Shown: in pieces, positions 1-8,384 of the stretch
How positions within the stretch are numbered: the stretch's first letter is position 1
Layout of the letters: each line of letters starts with the position of its first letter
Virus record (IMG/VR): IMGVR_UViG_3300008117_000469
Reading direction: 5' to 3' (one strand)
Source: an uncultured virus (IMG/VR IMGVR_UViG_3300008117_000469)
Taxonomy: Duplodnaviria; Heunggongvirae; Uroviricota; Caudoviricetes
Length of the DNA: 64,000 nt
Notes under the pieces: generated by a model
Databases searched by the model: none
Told to the model about the DNA's origin: nothing
What the model saw: only the letters and a program-made list of their open reading frames with translations
Program-made: the position numbers and the translations under genes

Positions 1-383
1 TTATCAGCAATTGAAAGTGCAACTGCTTGAGTAATTGAAGCAAAGATTTTGTTACGATTAGGAACAACTGTTGCTTTCATATTTTCTTCAGCATAGTGTC
101 CTTCAGGTACTTCATCTCCACCTGTTACTAATGCTGAATTAAGTAGATCAACTAGGCCATCAAGTTTAATAACGCGATATGCTACGGGCTCATATTTTGT
201 ATGAGACATTAGATATTCAGTGTTGATATATTCAATTAATGATTGAGCACGTTCAAGTTCAACTCTATGTTTTTGTCCATAATCAAATGAAAGTGCTGTT
301 ACTGTATCATACTCTTTCAAGCAACGAAGTAACAATGTTGAGGAGTCCATCCCTCCGCTAAGACTAACTACTACGTGTTTCAT
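1..383 (-). CDS. queC: 7-cyano-7-deazaguanine synthase QueC (runs off window start)
   Basis: Manual translation from ATG at 383: MKHVVVSLSGGMDSSTLL...SFDYGQKHRVELERA...TVVPNRNKIF. Contains the SGGxDS PP-loop, DYGQ.H and VPNRN QueC signatures. Not in the ORF track because it is truncated. Confidence 0.93.
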   Translation of the reverse strand, partial: MKHVVVSLSGGMDSSTLLLRCLKEYDTVTALSFDYGQKHRVELERAQSLIEYINTEYLMSHTKYEPVAYRVIKLDGLVDLLNSALVTGGDEVPEGHYAEENMKATVVPNRNKIFASITQAVALSIAD

Positions 384-384
384 A

Positions 385-519
385 TTATATTTTTTTATCT
401 GCGAATTTACGCAAAAGTTTAACATTACTCAAACTCAAATTAAAACGATTTTTCCAAAGATCGTCTAAAACTTTTTTAATTTCTGCTTCCCAAGCGGGAT
501 TAATTTGTGGTTGACTCAT
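385..519 (-). CDS. small hypothetical protein (44 aa)
   Basis: ATG..TAA ORF (MSQPQINPAWEAEIKK...) packed directly upstream of queC. Confidence 0.55.
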   Translation of the reverse strand: MSQPQINPAWEAEIKKVLDDLWKNRFNLSLSNVKLLRKFADKKI

Positions 520-624
520 TATTTAATTTATTATATTCTTCTTTTGATAATCCTTTCATCAACATATAAGCTTCAAAATCAATATCTAGAAGTCTCCAAT
601 GATTATACCATTCATATTTCCAAG

Positions 625-837
625 TTAAACGGTTTGGATATTTCCTGATTGTTTTGCCTGAAAAAATTCTTTTAAGAAATTTTCAGGATAAAGCATTACT
701 TTTCCAGTATATTTAGGATTACTTACTTCACGTAATTCAAATTTTACATTTGATTTAGAAGCAGCTGCTGCTACTTCTTTTCCTAGTTCACCACCTGCAG
801 CGTGTCCTAGATAGTCATATAAACTTAACATATTCAT
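625..837 (-). CDS. hypothetical protein (70 aa)
   Basis: ORF track; co-oriented and tightly packed between the TGT-like gene and queC. Confidence 0.75.
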   Translation of the reverse strand: MNMLSLYDYLGHAAGGELGKEVAAAASKSNVKFELREVSNPKYTGKVMLYPENFLKEFFQAKQSGNIQTV

Positions 838-840
838 AAC

Positions 841-1638
841 TTATAAATTATTAATTAAACGAAACATTTCAACATTATTATCAATAAGATCCAAATCAAT
901 ATCTTCAGAAGGTAAATCTTGGAAATTATTCATATTAGCTTCAGGTTTTTCTGTTAGACCTGAAAATTCAATAGCATTACCATCTAGTGCTGCCATAATT
1001 GGGTTAGATGTATCAATTGATTCAATACATTCAATGTCTTGATACCACCCGAATTCTTGTGGTACCTGGCATCCTAATAAATGAACCCTATCGTTGGGGT
1101 GTAATACTCCTTGTTTATACAAGGTTGAAATTACATAGACACGACCGAGTGCTTTCCCCAAATGTTTATTAGGATGTGTGCAAATATCATTGTAATAAGA
1201 AGCACCATACGAATATGCAATCTTCTTATAACCTAAATCTTTATATGTTTGTGTACATTCAAATGCTTCATGGAGAGTTTTTGCTTGTACTACTGCTACT
1301 TTGGTAACTCCTTCAGGTAATTCAACACTAGCCCAAGAACGAGCATTAACAATTGATGCTGTTTTATCTTCCCAAACATCAGGAACAATAAACTCATTAG
1401 GTTGTAATTCATGAATCCAATGTATTAGACGAGATGTGGTGTAAGCTACACCTAATTCATGAAGGGAATTATCCATAATAATATAACGACCTTCAGCTTT
1501 TGCTTTTCTAAAATATGCTAGATATTCTTCGTTTTCATCTAATAAATGAGGTAGACAATAATCATAATCATTAAATTCACGACTGTAATCTAATAAACTA
1601 AATGGAACCTCATGAGAAACCTTAATTCTTTTTTTCAT
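841..1638 (-). CDS. TGT-fold protein, putative DpdA-like 7-deazaguanine DNA transglycosylase
   Basis: Motifs IIMDNS, IVPD, VAVVQ, RVHLLG and SIDTS occur in the order expected for a TGT/DpdA TIM barrel. Lies within 0.5 kb of queC. Confidence 0.6.
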   Translation of the reverse strand: MKKRIKVSHEVPFSLLDYSREFNDYDYCLPHLLDENEEYLAYFRKAKAEGRYIIMDNSLHELGVAYTTSRLIHWIHELQPNEFIVPDVWEDKTASIVNARSWASVELPEGVTKVAVVQAKTLHEAFECTQTYKDLGYKKIAYSYGASYYNDICTHPNKHLGKALGRVYVISTLYKQGVLHPNDRVHLLGCQVPQEFGWYQDIECIESIDTSNPIMAALDGNAIEFSGLTEKPEANMNNFQDLPSEDIDLDLIDNNVEMFRLINNL

Positions 1639-1771
1639 AACGTTTTATATATTTGAAATAAATATAATTAAGAGCTGGTGAAAGTCCAAGCCCACCAGCA
1701 ATAAATGTAAAAAGATTTGGATGCCAATGTTCACCACAGAATCCTAAACTATGCTTAATTACTTCAATCAT
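1622..1771 (-). CDS. small hypothetical membrane-associated protein (49 aa, HSLGFCGEHWHP)
   Basis: Manual translation MIEVIKHSLGFCGEHWHPNLFTFIAGGLGLSPALNYIYFK...; overlaps both neighbours in typical phage fashion. Confidence 0.6.
   Translation of the reverse strand: MIEVIKHSLGFCGEHWHPNLFTFIAGGLGLSPALNYIYFKYIKRYEKKN
1659..1690 (-). promoter_or_regulatory. Bacteroidota-type promoter (CTTG-N20-TATATTTA)
   Basis: Same two-box motif and 20-nt spacer as six other copies; lies inside a small ORF. Confidence 0.5.
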
Positions 1772-1851
1772 TTTTTTAAACTTTCATATATTCCAACGAA
1801 TGCAGTTACTAATATAGCAATGCATCCTACTATAAATCCTATTAATTTCAT
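1768..1851 (-). CDS. tiny hydrophobic peptide (27 aa)
   Basis: MKLIGFIVGCIAILVTAFVGIYESLKK; 4-nt overlaps with both neighbours. Confidence 0.45.
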   Translation of the reverse strand: MKLIGFIVGCIAILVTAFVGIYESLKK

Positions 1852-2450
1852 ACTATTTTTTTAGGGCGACCTCTACCACGTTTTACTTGTAATACTTTTG
1901 GTACGGTTTCGGTTTTTATTTTAGGGGGACGACCTCGTCCTCTCATATTTTTTCTATTTTCAGCAGGAGTAGTACGAAGAAAATTATCAGCATAATTATA
2001 AAAATCAAGAATAGTACCATGGAAATTAAGAAATTTTTCTTCAAGTTCTTCTTTGGTAATTTGATAAGCATCAGTGAAAGCTGAGTATAGGGCTTCCATG
2101 CGTGATGTTTCTTCTTTTTCGAAATCTTCCATCAAACGTTTGTGACGAGCAAAATCAACAGCACAAATTTCGATTTGGTACCTCACATCATGTTTGGTTA
2201 AATCCAATTTATCTTTGGCCATATACAATGCTAATTGTGCTTGCCAGAAAAACGATGACGGATTAAAATCACCGTTTAATATACGTTCTTTTAACGGAGC
2301 ACGTTTTCCGAGTGGTACAACTTTATCAGTATGTGTACGCCACCACATAAATTTGTTATAGTTGAGAGGTTGGAGCTTATTGATATGCTCCATAACAACC
2401 TCTCGACTATGTCTAATATTTGTTTCTTTTACGAAATTAAATTTCCCCAT
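1848..2450 (-). CDS. hypothetical protein with two C-terminal AT-hook-like motifs
   Basis: RGRGRPPK and KRGRGRPKK at the C-terminus; ATG start (MGKFNF) at 2450 preferred over the TTG start. Confidence 0.75.
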   Translation of the reverse strand: MGKFNFVKETNIRHSREVVMEHINKLQPLNYNKFMWWRTHTDKVVPLGKRAPLKERILNGDFNPSSFFWQAQLALYMAKDKLDLTKHDVRYQIEICAVDFARHKRLMEDFEKEETSRMEALYSAFTDAYQITKEELEEKFLNFHGTILDFYNYADNFLRTTPAENRKNMRGRGRPPKIKTETVPKVLQVKRGRGRPKKIV

Positions 2451-2643
2451 GCTCGGCAACAAAGTCAGCAATTTCTTGTTCTAGTTTCTCAATCTTACCT
2501 ACCAAAATAGCATGGTATTCAACAGCATCAATTTTGTTTGGATTTTCAGGGTGAAATTTCCACACATCAGTAGCTTCATGAGTTAGATCAATCAAGTAGT
2601 TGATCATGTTTACGTGTTGGTTGTCGAAATCTTCTCTTGTCAT
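2437..2643 (-). CDS. hypothetical early protein (68 aa)
   Basis: ORF track; has its own upstream promoter motif. Confidence 0.75.
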   Translation of the reverse strand: MTREDFDNQHVNMINYLIDLTHEATDVWKFHPENPNKIDAVEYHAILVGKIEKLEQEIADFVAEHGEI

Positions 2644-2655
2644 AACTTTTTTATT

Positions 2656-2687
2656 TAAATATAATGAATATTCTTGAATTTTCCAAA
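2656..2687 (-). promoter_or_regulatory. Bacteroidota-type promoter (TTTG-N20-TATATTTA)
   Basis: Sense strand TTTG gaaaattcaagaatattcat TATATTTA, 12 nt before ATG; resembles the -33 TTTG / -7 TAnnTTTG consensus. Confidence 0.75.
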
Positions 2688-2876
2688 TTATTTATAACCT
2701 AATTTGAATTGTTTATAAACTTCATCAATATCAACTTTCTTATCTGTGTCCGGAAACATATTGATTAAATATTTTACAAAACGTAAACGGTGATTGGCTT
2801 GTTCGGGATTAAAATCCATTTCAATCATTGCATCACTTAAGTGACTCTGCATTACTAAACTTACTGTCAATTCCAT
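2688..2876 (-). CDS. hypothetical early protein (62 aa)
   Basis: ORF track; has its own upstream promoter motif. Confidence 0.75.
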   Translation of the reverse strand: MELTVSLVMQSHLSDAMIEMDFNPEQANHRLRFVKYLINMFPDTDKKVDIDEVYKQFKLGYK

Positions 2877-2899
2877 AACCTTAATTTCTTATTACATGG

Positions 2900-2931
2900 T
2901 AAATATACGAAGCCCCTTTCGGGGCTCCAAA
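2900..2931 (-). promoter_or_regulatory. Bacteroidota-type promoter whose spacer forms a GAAA-capped hairpin
   Basis: TTTG gagccccgaaaggggcttcg TATATTTA; the spacer folds as GCCCC-GAAA-GGGGC. Confidence 0.75.
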
Positions 2932-2958
2932 TTTTTTACAAGAAATTTTTAAGAAATT

Positions 2959-4281
2959 TTAAAAATAAGTTATTGTATTATCGTCGTCTTTTTTATTAAT
3001 TAAATCTTGTAATTTATCTAATTCGGCTCTAAGTACTCTATCAGGAATAGTAATTCCAGATTGTTGTTTTAGGGTTTCTATGGATTTGTTGATTGCATTA
3101 AGTTTATTAATTTGTTCTTCACTTAAATTAGATACTTTTGCTTCATCTTTATCTACAATACCATCATCATTAGTATCAACTTGGTCAAAAACTTCTTCAA
3201 GTTCTTCTTCTTCAATTACACCATCACTATCTAGATCTAAATTGGCAGAATCTGGTTCTTCGTAATAAAATTTTCCTGTTTTGGGGTCAACCATTACTGG
3301 GACTCCAGTTTGGGTTTTAAAGTCTTCAGCAGCTTGTTTTAGTTTTTCATTTGGTTCTTCATCTTCAAAAATAGGAGATGGATTACCATATTCATCCCAC
3401 TCTATAGTTTCATCTTTCCAATCTTGAAGATCAGTTAAACTAACCTCTTCCCATTCCTTTATTTCATCTTCTAAACCATCATAATCTTCAATTAGGGGTT
3501 CTTTTTTAGGACGTATTTGAGCAAAAGCAAAGTTTGCAGCAATTACTAAAGATATAGCTAATGGGTCAAACACAAAAATAATAACAAGTAAGAACCAGTT
3601 AATGATTTTATCCATAGGTTGACCTGTTAACTTAGAAATATACTTAAGAGGACCTAATTCACTTGTAGCTTCACTGTTAGTTTTAACTTCTAAAATTTGA
3701 TTTTCCAAACTAAAAATAGAGTCATTTACTACATCTACTTTTTCAGATAATTTTTCATCTGATTTTGATGCTGATTCAATATTACGAATAGCTGCAGTAT
3801 TTGTTCTAACTACTAAATTACCTTTTCTATCAGTATATTGAGTAGTAGAACCTTTAGACAATGTGCCTCGTAAATCTGCAAGAGATTGTTTTTCTTGGAG
3901 GATATTATCTCTAGAATCTATATAAAGTTGTTTTTTAGTTTCTAAAGCAGCAATTTGTTTATCAACAATTTCGGATTTTGTAGCTGTTGATTGGTAAGCT
4001 GCTGATAAAAATCCGTAAATACCAGCTGATGTAATCAATACTAATACACAAGCTGCTGTTGCAAGGTATGTTCTTAGGATTTTATTTAATTTATCCCAAT
4101 ATTGATACAATAAAGAAGCAATTACTAATTTAGCAACTTCTAATGAAGAAGCCATAATTAAAACAGCTAAACTAGCCCCAGCAAATAACATGCTGAGACC
4201 AGTTACTGAATAAAATGCTGCTGATATACTGACTGAAAGTGCTGATAGAGCAATTATAGTGGGTAATAGGTATTTTTTCAT
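2959..4281 (-). CDS. membrane protein with coiled coil and C-terminal EF-hand-like Ca-binding loops
   Basis: About three N-terminal hydrophobic helices, a coiled coil, a further TM segment (FDPLAI), then an acidic tail with DLDSDGVIEEEE and DTNDDGIVDKDE. Confidence 0.7.
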   Translation of the reverse strand: MKKYLLPTIIALSALSVSISAAFYSVTGLSMLFAGASLAVLIMASSLEVAKLVIASLLYQYWDKLNKILRTYLATAACVLVLITSAGIYGFLSAAYQSTATKSEIVDKQIAALETKKQLYIDSRDNILQEKQSLADLRGTLSKGSTTQYTDRKGNLVVRTNTAAIRNIESASKSDEKLSEKVDVVNDSIFSLENQILEVKTNSEATSELGPLKYISKLTGQPMDKIINWFLLVIIFVFDPLAISLVIAANFAFAQIRPKKEPLIEDYDGLEDEIKEWEEVSLTDLQDWKDETIEWDEYGNPSPIFEDEEPNEKLKQAAEDFKTQTGVPVMVDPKTGKFYYEEPDSANLDLDSDGVIEEEELEEVFDQVDTNDDGIVDKDEAKVSNLSEEQINKLNAINKSIETLKQQSGITIPDRVLRAELDKLQDLINKKDDDNTITYF

Positions 4282-4296
4282 GATGATATAAATATT

Positions 4297-6006
4297 TTAT
4301 CCGTCGCAAGCAATACAATCTACAGTTCTAGATCCTAAATCACCTTTAATAACTGAGTCTGTACGGAGGTAATATAATGTTTTGATTCCTAATTTCCAAG
4401 CTTCCATATGTACTTGATTAATCCAACGTGGGGAATCTTTAGGGTCAAATGAAAGATTTAAAGATTGTGTTTGATCAATATAACGTTGACGTGCTGCTGC
4501 TTGTTGTACAAGTGCTAATTGGTTAATTTCTGGGAATGTTAAGAATACTTCTTTTTCATCTTCATTTAAAACATCATTAGGTAAGTTTTGTACTGAACCA
4601 TTATCTGCTAGAATTTGATCCCAATATTTACTTTGGTTTTTACCTTTAGCTTCTAATACAGCTTCTAATTCAGGGTTTTTAACAATAAATGTTCCTTTAG
4701 CACCATTAAATACATAAACGTTTGCTGGTTGAGGTTCAATACCTGCTGAACAAGCATTAATACGTGAATTTGATACTGTTGGAGCAATTGCTAACAAGTG
4801 TGTATTTCTCATACCTGTTCCTCTACACCAAAGTGGTTCACCATACTCAACAGCTAATTTACGTGAAGCTGCTTCGGCTTGTGTTTTAATTTGACTAAAG
4901 ATAGTGTGTGTCCAAGCTGTTGAAGCAATTGAGTTAAATGGTAAATTCTTTTGTTGCAAGAATGTATGCCAACCCATAACACCTAAACCAAGTGCACGAC
5001 CTTTTTTAGCATGTCTGTGGGAACGAACCATTGATTCTTTACCATTTGTTTTAACAATAAATTCTTCCATTACACCATCTAAGAAATAGATTGCTGTTTC
5101 TACAACATCTGTGTTTTTCCATTCATCATATTTGGCTAAGTTAAGTGAACTCAAACAACAAATAAATGAATGTTCCTCATCTGTATGTAATGTAATTTCT
5201 GTACAGATATTAGTCATACTAACATCTAAATTATTCATTCTATATGCTAAAGGATTATCTTTATTAACATTATCCTTAAACATAATATATGGTTCTCCTG
5301 TCTCTACACGCGATTTAAGAATTTCTAACCACAGCGCCATTGCTTCACTATCACGGTCATTTAAACGCTTCATAAACGCATCATCAACAACAACACATTG
5401 ATGTAGATTAAGACATTGTCTGTTAGGATCACCTTTAGGTCTGCGAATTTGTAAAAATTCTTTAATATCAATATGATTAATATCTAGGTTTACAGAAGCT
5501 GCTCCTCTACGTACTGAACCTTGGTTGGTTGCAATAATAGTTGAATCATATATCTTAGCCCAAGGAACTACTCCTTCGGATTTTCCGTTTCCGGTAATAT
5601 TTGATCCTCTACCTCTAATTCTTGAGAGGGAGATTCCAACTCCACCTCCGTAAGAGGTAAGTCGCATGAGTTCAGCGTTTGTAAGGCCAATACCTCTGAT
5701 TGAATCTGGAGTATCGATGCCAAAGCAGCTGATCGGTAACCCGCGGTCTGTCCCTGTGTTTGAGAGTACAGGGCTTGCCAATCCAATCCAGCCATTCCAA
5801 ATGTATTTAAAAAATTTGTTTTCTAAGTCAGGGCGATTTAAACGCATCGCCACAGCGTGTGCTACTCGTCGGTATGCTTTTCTAGGTGTTTCACCTGGTA
5901 AAAGGTAACCTTTTGAAATAGTTGATAATGCTACTTCATCAAAATATTCGGGATAATCTTTACCACGTTCCCACTGCGTATAGTCTATTGATAAATTATT
6001 GTCCAT
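4297..6006 (-). CDS. nrdA: class I ribonucleotide reductase alpha subunit (no ATP cone)
   Basis: ISCF, TNICTEI (radical Cys), AIAPT, KTLYY and C-terminal CxxC. Confidence 0.96.
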   Translation of the reverse strand: MDNNLSIDYTQWERGKDYPEYFDEVALSTISKGYLLPGETPRKAYRRVAHAVAMRLNRPDLENKFFKYIWNGWIGLASPVLSNTGTDRGLPISCFGIDTPDSIRGIGLTNAELMRLTSYGGGVGISLSRIRGRGSNITGNGKSEGVVPWAKIYDSTIIATNQGSVRRGAASVNLDINHIDIKEFLQIRRPKGDPNRQCLNLHQCVVVDDAFMKRLNDRDSEAMALWLEILKSRVETGEPYIMFKDNVNKDNPLAYRMNNLDVSMTNICTEITLHTDEEHSFICCLSSLNLAKYDEWKNTDVVETAIYFLDGVMEEFIVKTNGKESMVRSHRHAKKGRALGLGVMGWHTFLQQKNLPFNSIASTAWTHTIFSQIKTQAEAASRKLAVEYGEPLWCRGTGMRNTHLLAIAPTVSNSRINACSAGIEPQPANVYVFNGAKGTFIVKNPELEAVLEAKGKNQSKYWDQILADNGSVQNLPNDVLNEDEKEVFLTFPEINQLALVQQAAARQRYIDQTQSLNLSFDPKDSPRWINQVHMEAWKLGIKTLYYLRTDSVIKGDLGSRTVDCIACDG

Positions 6007-6012
6007 TGTTTA

Positions 6013-6993
6013 TTAAAAAATTGATTCGTCCCAAGTTAAGTGACCTTTTGAATAATTAGTTACACGATTTGCAAAGAAATCAGTGTGTTGTTTACCTGCT
6101 GATAAGTGATCAAACCATTTCATTCTTTCTACAGATGTCATATCTACATTTGAAACAATTGGTTTATATCCCAAATCACCTAATTTAGTATTAACTCGGT
6201 TTTTGATAAAATTTTCTAAGTCATATTGGGAACAACCTTCCAAATCACCAAGTTCGTAAACTTTACTAATAAAATCTAGTTCAAGTTTTAAAGACAATAA
6301 AGCTGCTTCATTAATTGCTGCTTCTAGTTCTTGAGTTTTTAATTTTGGATTCTCTTTAACTAATGTTCTAAACAACCAACATCCAGCTTCTGAATGGAGC
6401 GATTCATCACGAATAGACCATTCAACAATTTGACCAACACCTTTAAGTTTGTTACGCATTTTAAAACTTAACAATACAGCAAATGAAGAAAATAAATTAA
6501 CACCTTCTGTAAATGCTGAAAATATAGCTAATGATTTTGCTACTTCGTGCCAATCAATTTCTTCACCATTAAAACTATCTCTTACGTTCATCAAATTCTC
6601 AATTTTAGCCATTGTAGCTTCATCTTCTAAGAATTCATCAAAATTATCAAGACCTAAAGTTTCATTCAACAATGAATAAGCTTCAGCATGGATTGTTTCA
6701 AACGCACCAAATGTAGTAGCCATCATAATAACTTCAGGTTTACGAAACCATTTAGTTACTAACCCTGACCAGTAATCGTTTACAACTGTTTCTGTTTGAG
6801 CAAAACCTTTTAAAATAGAACCAATAATGTTTTTTTCAGTTTCATTTAAGTTTGAATTCCAATCTGTCAAATCAGACATCATTGGTACTTCTGTGTGTAA
6901 CCAGTGTGCTTGTTGTTGTTTAAGCCAATAATCAGCTGCTTCTTGATACTCAAAAGGTTTATACACTAACCTAGGTTTTATAATACTTGTCAT
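6013..6993 (-). CDS. nrdB: class I ribonucleotide reductase beta subunit
   Basis: ETIHAEAY, EGVNLFSSF, RDESLH and DFF...VTNY ferritin-like motifs. Confidence 0.96.
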   Translation of the reverse strand: MTSIIKPRLVYKPFEYQEAADYWLKQQQAHWLHTEVPMMSDLTDWNSNLNETEKNIIGSILKGFAQTETVVNDYWSGLVTKWFRKPEVIMMATTFGAFETIHAEAYSLLNETLGLDNFDEFLEDEATMAKIENLMNVRDSFNGEEIDWHEVAKSLAIFSAFTEGVNLFSSFAVLLSFKMRNKLKGVGQIVEWSIRDESLHSEAGCWLFRTLVKENPKLKTQELEAAINEAALLSLKLELDFISKVYELGDLEGCSQYDLENFIKNRVNTKLGDLGYKPIVSNVDMTSVERMKWFDHLSAGKQHTDFFANRVTNYSKGHLTWDESIF

Positions 6994-7001
6994 AGTTTTA
7001 A

Positions 7002-8375
7002 TTAAGCGTTTAATTCAAAAAATTTATTACGTAACTCCTGTTTATCCATATAGTCAACAGTATTAAAAACCGGAGAAGAGTTTTGTTGTGTTGGAGTTTC
7101 ATCATCATCATCTTCTGCTCTTTCAGAAACTTCGAAATGTCCAGTAGAGGTATCTGCTTTAACATTAAATGTCATACCATCCATACCATATCTGTTTTTC
7201 ATAATGTGAAATCTTCCTGTACCGTTAACTTTATCTTGACGTTTTCTCGAAAGGGATATAGCTACATCAGTAATCATAATTTTATCATATGATCCTGCTG
7301 CTTTATCGCCTTCAATAATATCATCTTTTGCACCAGCTCGGTTTACTTGTGAAACAGACCATACAGGAATATTTAACTCGCGCGCCAAAGCTTTTGTGCT
7401 AACATAAATATCATCTATTTCATCCTTACGTTCGCGATTCGTTCTTTTAGAACGGAGAAGATCTACATAATCAATAATAACCAAATCAGGTTTGAAATCT
7501 TGGTCAATACATTTTTTAATATGTGATTCAATAGTAGACATAGATGCTTTACCCGGAGAATATTCTTTAATAATCAATTGTCCTTGAAGACTTTCTACTG
7601 CTTCTTCTACTTTACTTCTATTCTTTTGTTCAGTAATTCTATTTACTGGGATATTGGTAAAAAATGCATCGTAACGGCGACCTACATAATCTTCACCTAA
7701 TTCTAAAGTATAATGAAGTACATTGTAGCCCATTTTAACAGCATAACCACCTAAAGCAATTAATGTCCAAGATTTACCACCACCAGGATTACCAAAAATC
7801 AAACCAAAGTCTCCATTTCCTAATCCTCCTTGTAACAAAGTATTAAATGAATCCCAAGGACTAGGTACTACAATTCGGTGATCTTCTCGATAACGAGATT
7901 CAACTTCTTTATTGTACTCGTGGCCTACATTTTTGTCTTGTCCGGCTTTTAATGCGTTATCAATCAATGAACGGATAGTATCATAGTCTCCCGCGTTCAA
8001 AAAGTTTACGCTTGATAACAACGCTTTTTTAAGCTGTTGGTTTTTACAGAAATTAGAAAATTCTTCTTCAATGTATTTTAGATCTTCGTCTGATGCTTTA
8101 TAAGCTTCACGAAGTTGTTCTTTAACTGATACTTGAAGTACTTCATTGTCGATTTTTTTCAATTCTACCTTCAACACATCCATTGAAGGTGTTGTGTGGT
8201 ATTTTTGGTAATATTTTAGGATTTCATTGATAATCCATTTATGTGCTTGGTTATCAAAATACTCATCACTGATAACATCGTGGATGTTAAGTAGGAACTC
8301 TTTATGAGTTAATAGTGATGATAATACCTTAATTTGGAAAGCAGATCCATATTGAGATAAATTGCTTAATGTCAT
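7002..8375 (-). CDS. dnaB: DnaB/T4 gp41-like replicative helicase
   Basis: Walker A GNPGGGKS, TLEL, IIDYVDLL, SQVNR, KNRYG. Confidence 0.92.
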   Translation of the reverse strand: MTLSNLSQYGSAFQIKVLSSLLTHKEFLLNIHDVISDEYFDNQAHKWIINEILKYYQKYHTTPSMDVLKVELKKIDNEVLQVSVKEQLREAYKASDEDLKYIEEEFSNFCKNQQLKKALLSSVNFLNAGDYDTIRSLIDNALKAGQDKNVGHEYNKEVESRYREDHRIVVPSPWDSFNTLLQGGLGNGDFGLIFGNPGGGKSWTLIALGGYAVKMGYNVLHYTLELGEDYVGRRYDAFFTNIPVNRITEQKNRSKVEEAVESLQGQLIIKEYSPGKASMSTIESHIKKCIDQDFKPDLVIIDYVDLLRSKRTNRERKDEIDDIYVSTKALARELNIPVWSVSQVNRAGAKDDIIEGDKAAGSYDKIMITDVAISLSRKRQDKVNGTGRFHIMKNRYGMDGMTFNVKADTSTGHFEVSERAEDDDDETPTQQNSSPVFNTVDYMDKQELRNKFFELNA

Positions 8376-8384
8376 ATAACTTAT

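Noticed and set aside
530..650. Open frame ...KYPNRLTWKYEWYNHWRLLDIDFEAY... overlapping the 70-aa ORF end
   Set aside because: No convincing start codon. It may be a fragment at another junction but cannot be supported.
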